From: Moniliella sp. 'wahieum'
Taxonomy: Eukaryota
Assembly (NCBI GenBank): GCA_003971905.1
Contig: RSEE01000136.1
Coordinates: forward strand, 124,001-157,775
DNA: 33,775 bases
Reading direction: 5' to 3'
Shown: positions 24,885-33,775 of the stretch, piece after piece
Position numbering within the stretch: position 1 is the stretch's first letter
Layout of the letters: every line of letters starts with the position of its first letter
Notes under the pieces: generated by a model
Seen by the model: only the letters and a program-made list of their open reading frames with translations
Database searches by the model: none
What the model was told of the DNA's origin: nothing
Program-made: the position numbers and the translations under genes

Positions 24885-25990
24885 GGTGCTCGCGCATGCC
24901 TAAAAGGTCAGAGTGATCTCGGAGGTGGCTGGCCCTCAGACCCTTGGTCAACATCCTCCACTGACCTCTATTCGGTCACCATATCATTGACGGAGCTTAA
25001 GGTTGGGCCAAAAGGAACGCTGTGCCCAAACCGTCTGTCCATCCGGTGCGCGTTGCTTGGTAGGGCCTACTTCGTTTAGGGAACCAGGGGAATTGCCAGA
25101 AGATCAGGTCCCTCTGGTGCCCACAATTGGTTGTCATATACCCGGGGTAGCGACTGTGGATACGGATGAACGTGGTAGACAACCGTGCAGTGAACTATCT
25201 CCACTGAGACTCAGTTGTTAATTCCTTGCAGTTTCGAGAAGCATCTTGCCCATCGTCTTGGTAGCTTTTAGTATTCTCGCCGTGCCAAAACCGAAGGGAA
25301 ATGGATAATTGGTTACGTCCCTGGTAATTACGTTCTGGTCGCATTCTGTCTGTTCCACAAGCTGAAGCCCTTGTTCTCTCGGCATTCCAAGGGGATGGCG
25401 GTCTTCTCATTTTAACATACGTATTATATACTCTCACCGGCGTGGAATGTAGAACGGTTGAACGGTGACCAAGGTGGGACGCTGGAACAATAAGGATGGA
25501 GGTGGCTCAGTCTAACAAGCTGGACGAAACCCCCAGAGACCGGGCCGTAGGGCGGGGGGTCTCCCCGTTATCATTATGGGGATACAGACCCTATTTTTCT
25601 TCCAGGTGCCAGAGTGCGATTTCAGAAGGGAAGGGAGATAGCAGAGCAAAAAGGGGGGGAGATGGAACGCGCACGGGGTGCGCAACCTGTGAACGGAGCT
25701 CTTCCCCCTGGGTAGGCGAGCGTCACCGATCAACTGCGGTTATCCAAGGGGCCTTCGCACGCCCTGTAGCATAGGGGTATGGAATCTCAGAAAGAAACCT
25801 TTGGTAACCCTGCGGCCAGGGTTAGGAGTGATAGCTGTCATGCCTGGATTTCAGAATTATGTCACTTTCTCGCTTTCACAACGGATCACGAAAATACATC
25901 ATTTATGTTTAAGATATAGAATACCTGAGAGGAGTAATTTGTCGTGGGTGAGGCAATTGTGTCAGCGCGCTGCAAGTCAGTGACGTCGCT

Positions 25991-26095
25991 GATGTCACCA
26001 CCCTGAACGTCAGATATGTCCTCGATGTCATCCCCTTGAACGTCAAATACATCCTCGACGTCACCCCCTTGAATGTCAGAAACGTCATTGATGTG
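25991..26095. repeat. 33-bp tandem repeat, 3 copies plus a partial fourth
   Basis: Units start at 25991, 26024 and 26057; consensus approx. GAYGTCACCCCCTTGAACGTCAGATACGTCCTC. Confidence 0.9.
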
Positions 26096-29000
26096 CCCAT
26101 GGACGACGTATCTGACGAATCTGATCTTCCTATGCTCGCTCCCTGTGTTTCTATTGGAATTACATTTTATACTACTACTCATTCTAGCACCATCGAATGC
26201 TGTGCAATCGTCTTCGAGAGTACTTTTGTTGCATTGTGATGGGTCAATATGGACTTGTAAAGAATGATACCTACAAATCTCAGATTTACACGGTCGCTCA
26301 TTGTGATCTTTATTAACTATCGAGTCTATACTCTCTCGTTTGTTCATCATCCCTACTTGTGCCCCTATTTCTTTAGGTGGGGGAGTATTTACCTGTCGGT
26401 AGAGGGAGATCAGCTTCTCGTTTTTACGCCATCGAGTACATCCCTGTAAAATTAAACTGCTTCGACGTTTCGTGAAGGCAGAATCTGATATAAAAGCACT
26501 TACAGCGCCCAGGAAGTGCTATGGCGTACACGTGTGTGAAAATCTACAATGGAAAGGTGGGTTGCTGGATATGGGGCCATAACGTGCCGGGTGCAATGGT
26601 GGACAATGGAAAAGTGGAAGTAATAGACTCGCGAATCACTTTTAAAATGTCGTCAGCGAGGCCACTTCCGAGGATGCAACTGACCCTGAAATATTATTTT
26701 TGTTGCCCCGCTAATCATCTGCGTACACTAGATCTCCAACGGCAAGTTCCAAAGGAAAAAAAAAGATAGATTGATCTAGGGGAGATGTTCGGTAAGCAAG
26801 CGCGGATAGGAGAACGAGCATTAAGGAGGGAAAGTGGCAAGCTTGTACGTGTGATATCATTTGGTTGACGTTTCGCTCTAAGGCCGCCATGATCAGAACA
26901 ATGAGAGGACAGGATAATCAATTATCCCCAGCTATGGTCCATCGGGATGCACATGGCGATCGTACTTGTTGTATGTTAGCCTGCGTACTCACCATGAGAT
27001 CACTAACAAGCATGCCATACCTATTGGCAAACGCAGTGTCGGCCTCCTTAGTACCACAGAATGTGTGCACTGAACGTCTATTCGTCTAAGGAGCTTCTGC
27101 GACTGACTCATTGAGAAGACTGGTGCCAGCTGGGAAGGAATGAAAACTAACTCAACGTGACTCATGGTTCGCGCGGTCCTAGTACAGATGTCAACACGCC
27201 GTTCATGCGCACGATCAGAAAATATCTTCAACATCTTTACGGGCGTATCCCTAATCAATAATGATTCCTAATTGGCCGACTTGCACTTGCCCAACTCATT
27301 TGATCTAAACGCTGCCATGTTAATCATTTTCAAGACTCCATGACGTACCGGGTGCCTGAATATTGGCGTTTAATATGCTCCTGGATTAAGGGCGTGAATA
27401 CGAGTTGAAACACACCTGCGTATATATATCAACACCGGTGTTTCGTCCCATCTTGGCTTGTTCGCTTAGTCCTATTTGTTGCCCGGATTCCGCCTCTCCG
27501 ACTACTAGCTTTGCTTCTACGCCCATACCACCGTCACTGGCTCTTTTCAAGTTCCTATTGTTAACCTAAACCGCTGTGACATATGAGGGCGGTGTGTGCG
27601 TAAATAGATCATTGGTCCATGGGAAAGGAAACGGAGCGACCTTATTTTATGTTTTCTTTCTCCTCCTTCTAACCAACCCCCCCCCCCTCTCTCTCTGCTG
27701 TAGACGTGGCTTCACGTTGCATTCATGCCTTGTCTGACGATGCATTACCGCCGATCCTCAAAAGCGCAAATGCTAGTTTCCAAGTCGCAATCTAGAGGTT
27801 TTGAAGATGCTGTTGGTGATATTTTGGATAAGGCTCGAAGGCGTTTAAGCAACTTGCCCGTTGTCTGCTGTATAGGCATGCCCTTGCATGCCAAGTCCTA
27901 TCAAAAGCGTATGTAGCCGGCTTCAGGTCTCGCATTCAGGTACCACAGACCTCACCCCTTACCCGGGGCACCTTTTTGCACGCCAACTTTCGCAAGCACC
28001 ATGATTGAGTATCAATCGCGAGCATATCTCTCGTATCTCTCTATAATATCACCAGATCACCTTTACTTCGGTCGCTATCGTTATCTCAACCAAAACACTC
28101 GCCAATCTCCTAGTAGACTTGTGAGAGGTGTCACCGGGCAAATTATCTTCCAGGGCGGAGATCCTCCGCGGCCAGTCATGATCGCATATGCTCGATCGGT
28201 ATACGTTGCGCCCATCCTGCTTTACGGCGCAACTTCCTTCCTCCGTTGGCTCTAGCATTATACGAATTTTATGACTCGCGTTGTTCGTACTAGGTGAACA
28301 AGCCACCGTTACCTGAATTAGCGCAGTCTGTTCTTCAGGCATACAAGCACACCGTTTGATTCCGCATTCGGCCGATGCCGCGTTCAATGTGACAACTAGA
28401 ATCGGCTTATACAGCCGCCTCACTCCCTTGTCATTACTCTCGCTTTCGGCTTCTCACCCTATCTACTGAAGTTCTTTCTCTTTCTCTATCCTGACTCGGA
28501 TTCTCGGCCTAACTACAAAACCGACAATAAATCGTCTCTTCTCCGCTCGCGCTCGTCTACTAATCTCAAACACTACATTTGGGGTTCGACCCGGTTTCTC
28601 GCCTCGTTTCCCGTCTCGGGTCCGCGTGCCCTTAACCCTCGCCTCATCTTTCATATTGTGCCTTTCGTGCTTAGTCCTCACTTCTTCCCCTTGACTTGTT
28701 TCCCCTTTCATTCGCTGTGAATCAGTTGGTCTTTCCTTTGCTCCCCTCTTTTCTATGAGCCTGCCTTTCTTAGATGCAAGTGTGATGGCCCAAAAGGCTA
28801 ACCATTTCCCCCTCGCCCTTCTTCTAGGTGAACTCCACTCTAGAGGAACCACCTTTCCGATTAGCTCGCTTGCCTTCCCTTGCCCATCGGACCTCCATTT
28901 CTCGTCCGGCCCCTTCCGCGCAACCTCCTTGCAGATGCTGTCTGCTCTGCCCGACGAACAGCAAAGCAGTACTCGCGACCCTCCTACGTTCACACCGCTG

Positions 29001-29411
29001 TGCCTCCGACTTTGGATATAAGACGCGTTCAGTCACTCCGTGGGTCTTGTCTCCGATGACAGGGAAGGTCTCCGCCTGGGAAGCCAGCAACCCCCCGTTA
29101 CACCCGTGCGCTACCCGGAAATACCTGGACCCTTCAACTCTTTTGAGAACCTACGCATCACACTGCTCAGGCCTTGATGGAGAGTCTGATGTCGGAAATG
29201 TAGCCCTTCGTAGGCAGCCACTCAACTACTGGGAGGGTCTCCTCAGCTCTAGCACATTCGCTCGGTCGGCCAGGATCTAAAGCCGGACATATCGTGTTAG
29301 TCATCCTCCCGGTCTTACATGCCAGTCAAAACCAAGAGAATATAGTAAAGTCACGAAGGAGTATACGGCCTAGAACATCACATGAATTTGTTGCGACAAG
29401 ACGGCAGGAAT

Positions 29412-30511
29412 TGTCACGGGCCAAGGCGGGATGGCAAGCCCAGCGGCGCCGGCGTGCGCCCTTCGCCATCCTAACCCCGTCCCGGTTGGTCAATGGTTCG
29501 GATCCGACTCGATCCGATCGGCAAGCTGAGACCTGTCTGCTCTATCCGATCAAAGAGCTCGCTCCCAAGTTTAATCCAGTTCCATCGCGGCTGGCTCGAC
29601 CGCCAGCGCGATTATCGAGTCTACTACGTATCCAGCGACAATAGTCGCCTTCCGCCTCAGTGAATTGAGAACCTCTCAGTTTCGTCTCTCCCGCTTCCCT
29701 GTTGTGTTTCTTGCGACGCTAGTCGCCCCGCTTGTTGATCTTACTTCTCTCAGTGTGTCTGATAGCGACGCTAGTCGCCCCATGCCTGTTTCCCTTACCT
29801 TCCTGGGCTGCCCGCGCGGCAGCTGTCTCCCCTGTTTTAGCCTGTCCCCCGTTCTCCCTCTGTTGCTTGTTTCCTTTTAGTCCCCCCTGCCTGTTAGAAT
29901 GGTTCGTGGCTTTCCCCCACGGTCCATCTTGTCGCTTGTCCACCTCTTGTCCCCTTCGTCGCCCTTGTCCTCCACCCTTGCCTCCTCGCCTGTTCACACC
30001 TTCACCCCCTGCCCGCTTTCCTCGCCAATTGATTCAGTACAGGCAACTCCTCCCGCTCTTAGTCGCCTTTCGACTCCCGGCGTAGATCGCCAGCCCTCGT
30101 CCTCGTCCTCAGCACTCAGTACTCAGTACTCAGTTCCCTAGTCCGCGTGAGCCTCCTCGTGCCACGCCTCGGTCCCGCCCAGTTAAGCCGCGTGTGATCT
30201 GGTTCTTCGCCACGCCGCTCCCAGTCTCAACCCAGCCTCAGTCTAGCAGCATCGGTCCTCTTCTGCCTTCCCCTTCCCTGAGCCCGAAGGCTTCAAACAC
30301 GCTACTGCCGCCCAAGCCGGTGCTACGCAGCCTTGCCACACTTGCAGCCGCCTCTGCTATACGCCGAGAGGCTTCTCCTTGTCCCTAGCTCCCCAGCGGA
30401 CCCACCAACCAGCCCAAGCGCGTAACTATCGTGAGTCGCCCTTAGGACCCCAAGGGATTGTACCCCTTAAACCCCTCCGGGCGGGCCCCCTGGCGGCGCC
30501 CGCCCATGACA
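29412..30511. mobile_element. Solo LTR of an LTR retrotransposon (1,100 bp) with 5-bp target-site duplication
   Basis: Begins TGTCACGGGC and ends GCCCATGACA (TG..CA; 9/10 inverted match). Flanked by GGAAT at 29407-29411 and 30512-30516. A second diverged copy lies at ~23.6-24.4 kb. No coding capacity recognised. Confidence 0.88.
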
Positions 30512-30694
30512 GGAATATACCCGGTCCAATCGTAGTAACCGTCTAAAGGTGGAAAAGGGGCTGTGAGGTTTTTGCAGGAGACCAAAACGGGGTGATGAAA
30601 TGAAGTCGGCCGACATGAATAAAAGAGGAAGAGCCGTAAACGAGTAAGAGACGATGGCCATATGCCAGCAGTCGAATGGAAGAGATTCAAAGGC

Positions 30695-33600
30695 TCAAGC
30701 TTCATTTGAGCCCACAGGTTTTGAAGCACGCTTGAAAGAGAACCGGCCCAGCACTCGGCGGCACCCCGGAATCGGATTGAAGGAAATGTTGCTGCGTTTA
30801 GTGAGCCAGAAGATGGGGAAGCAGGCCATGCCTGAAGCAGCGATCTGTCACAACCCGCAGGTAAGCCTTCTGTACACAGTATACACACGACTGGAGGATA
30901 ACGCACAAAGCAAATCAGAACGCCGAATGCGGTCCAACGGTAATTGAAGGGCATATCCAGAGTCTTGAGGAAATCATCGCCAGTGGCGTACTGACAGTAG
31001 TCACACAAGTCCGTCGCGTTCGGGTTGTAGATCCGGCCGCCGGCCTCAGTAGCCCAAGCGCCAGCGTACTGCCCACATGTTTGTCCTGGCGGGGGAATAA
31101 AGTGGAAGAGTTCAGAGCGGGCACACACAACTTGTCGATCGTGTAAAATGTTGGCAACCTGGCCTCGGACGTAATGGACGATTGGACTAGCCCAGGACAC
31201 TGCCTTCCAGATCCCAGGAAGGAGACGGCGAGGAATGAAGCTGCAGAGACATGCTCATTAGTCCGGATGAAAGCAGGTCGAGGAATGGAATACTTACACT
31301 CCATTGGCGACAAAGAGAAAGGGAAGGACGAGTGGCACGCCTGGGACGCAATGGTGGCAGTCGGTGCACTGCAGGCAATCAGGAGGGAGAAGACCAAAGC
31401 ATAAACCGACAGAAGAAGCGTCATAAGGTAGAAGTAGCCCGCGCGCCAAGTGGCCTCGGAGTAGAATGCAATGAAGAACGCTGGGAGGAAACTGGAGTAG
31501 GAGTCCATGGTAAGCCTACGGTGTGCAGACCCATAGTAAGAAGAGAGGAAGATAACGTACTAGACTGTGGCAGTCAGGATAGCGAGTGGGAGAGCGAGCG
31601 CAATCATGCTCACAATGAGCACCCACCAAGCATAAACCTTGCTTTTGTCCTCACGAGCATCAAAAATATCGGTCTGATCGAACCAGCGAGCGAGGATGCT
31701 GTTGACGTAAACCGGGAAAGAAAGCATGATCAAGATGACGAGGAAGGCCGCCCCTTGCATCCCATGCACATTCCTCCATATGAGCATAGACGGAGGAACC
31801 GACAAAACCCGTCAGAATGTATCTGTATAAAAGGAAAAAGGGTGTGAGCCAACAGTGAACAGTGAATCGAATTCGCAGAGATAGGAAACATACGAGAAAA
31901 TGAGCGAGTATGTAAGGAACCGTCGCGGTAAGCATCCTTGTATTGACGGATGACCACTTCCCGAATCTGGGTCAAGGCTGGGGCAGCGAATTCGCCGGCC
32001 AACTCGAGGTTGACCGCGTCACCGCGCGAACTTGCTGCGACGGGCATTCGTTTGTTCGATAATTGCTTCCACCTCGCGTCGTTCAGGGCTGGCGTCCCAT
32101 ACCGAGGACAGTGACCTGGGGTCGCGTGTGGTCGCCGTCAACTCCAGAATATATTCAGCGACGTTGTCATTGGGTCCACAAGGAGGTGCATGAGCACGCT
32201 CGAAATAGGAACGAATCTTGTTGCTGTTGCGGGAAGCCATGGCCAAGCCTTCATCTTTGCTGTTGACCACACCCTGGTCACCAATCTGGCCATTATACAC
32301 TACCCGCCCACCCTTTGGAGAAGAAGACACCGGTCAAATTGTGGAACAGGTCTTCACTGGGCTGGTGGATGGTGCAAACAATGGCTTGGCCGGACTGGGC
32401 CAAACGGCGGAGCAAGCGACAGATGGCTGCAGCGCTGCCGAGTCCAGGCCACTGGTCGGTTCGTCAAGGAAGAGAGCGAGCGAAGGCTTAGCGGCAAGTT
32501 CAACAGCAATTGTCACTCGTTTGCGGCGCTCAATGCTCAAACCGGCGCCCGGCTCGCCAATCAATGCATCCTCCAATCCTCCAGCTCAAGAAGACGCAAG
32601 ATCTCGTCCACGTCGCGCATCTTTTGAGCATGCGGAACGGAGTGTGGCTGCCGCAGCACGGCCGAGAACGCAATGCTTCCCTCACCGTCTGAGTCGGGAG
32701 ATGGATGTCATCCTGCATCACGAACCCAACGTCTTTCCAAAGGAGGCAGGCAATGGACCCCGTCAACCTCCACATTCCCTTCCAGTTTCCCAAAGTTGAT
32801 CCGGGCAATAGCGTTCATCGCTGTGGTCTTCCAGCACCCGAAGACCCCATCACTGTCACAAGATCGCGTTAGCTTTCCGTTCCATATAAAAATGTGGGCA
32901 CGTATGGGCACAAGAGAATACGCACAAGCAATCATTCTCCAGGCAGCGCCAAGCCAGAAACTTGATGCAATAGTTCCCTTCCATTGTCAGCGTGAGGTGA
33001 GGCCGCGCCAAGACAGAACAGGATGGTCGTCGAAGTTCGTCTTCGGAGAAGGCATAGATTCAGGGTCGTGCACAGGTGAGGGACACTGGGTCGGCACCCG
33101 TTGTACTGTCGTTATCCGAAATGGAAGACGAGTCCTTCTCGTCCTTCTCCGAAAGTTCGGCGTAGCGCGGCGAATGGCCTGCTTGGCCCGTTTAGTACGG
33201 GCAAAGACAGTGACTGAGACTCCGCTTCCCCAAGATATCGTCTCGGAGGCAACAAGATTGACCAACATATATGCGGAGAATGCACAAGAAATCCCAATGG
33301 CTCGTCCAAGATTGTTCATTTTAACCATAAGCCGCCTGTATGTAGCTTTTACCCGGCACCACAATCTCCCCCGGTCGACTGCCAGCCAAGAGACAGGTCT
33401 GATACCGAGCGTCACGGAGCTCTGAGAAGGGGCAATGTCAGCGGGCACGCAGGGAATATTTTCCCGGAAGTTGTTGGCCATCAAAGCTTCAGAATGTATG
33501 CCACATTGCCGACGTATGACAACCACAACCCAACCATCTCACGGCGCGGCTGGATGTAGCCACTGAATGAAGACGACGTTACGTCAACGCGCACCATCTG

Positions 33601-33775
33601 ATTTAGAAGAGTTAGTCCCAAATTCTGAGAATGACGCAACGGAGCATAAGGATCCAGATACTTACCGGATGGCCTCGCTGAAGCCAGGAGATAAGCACAA
33701 CAAGCACGTACATTTGCATGAGTGTGTAGGTGCCAAAGAAAGTCAAAAGCCAAAAGAGTGCCATGCCTCGCCTGT
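30695..33775 (-). CDS. PDR/ABCG-type full-size ABC transporter, 3' half (end of TMD1, NBD2, TMD2); 5' end outside window; frameshifted
   Basis: NBD2 Walker A IALMGSSGAG(K)TT (~32822-32850), [70 protein letters not shown], and the extracellular loop [23 protein letters not shown]. Introns at 32853-32925, 31823-31893, 31516-31560, 31241-31297 and 30845-30906. The last exon reads [22 protein letters not shown] with TGA at 30695-30697. Confidence 0.95.

Noticed and set aside
25991..26095. CRISPR-like array (33-bp unit)
   Set aside because: Units are head-to-tail with no unique spacers, there are no cas genes, and the context is eukaryotic.
23645..30511. Full-length retrotransposon bounded by the two similar repeats about 6 kb apart
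   Set aside because: The right copy has its own TSD on both sides, the copies are strongly diverged, and I could find no gag, RT or integrase motifs between them.
30442..30906. Extended PDR C-terminus running into the LTR (252-aa ORF)
   Set aside because: It reads through a canonical intron at 30845-30906; the spliced frame completes the last TM helix and stops at 30695.

Overview
Eukaryotic, intron-containing, GC-rich fungal DNA. It is most likely a basidiomycete and possibly Ustilaginomycotina; this is inferred from gene style, GTRNGT..CTRAC..YAG introns and intergenic heptamer repeats. Every recognisable gene carries several small indels, which looks like an unpolished long-read consensus rather than true pseudogenisation. 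The first ~21.4 kb holds six + strand genes: the 3' end of a tannase/feruloyl esterase, a GPR1/FUN34/YaaH (Ady2/Ato-like) acetate transporter, a tyrosine-phosphatase-family protein, glutaryl-CoA dehydrogenase, a membrane-anchored histidine acid phosphatase/phytase, and a large Pro/Ser-rich disordered protein. A gene-poor, visibly less GC-rich interval (~22-30.5 kb) follows. It contains an intact 1,100-bp solo LTR with a GGAAT target-site duplication, an older diverged copy of the same LTR, 9-bp and 33-bp tandem repeats, and a candidate small secreted protein. The window ends in the 3' half of a PDR/ABCG transporter on the - strand. I cannot support a complete new biological system. The best leads are the LTR family, the palindrome-based 7-bp intergenic arrays and the contents of the accessory interval.
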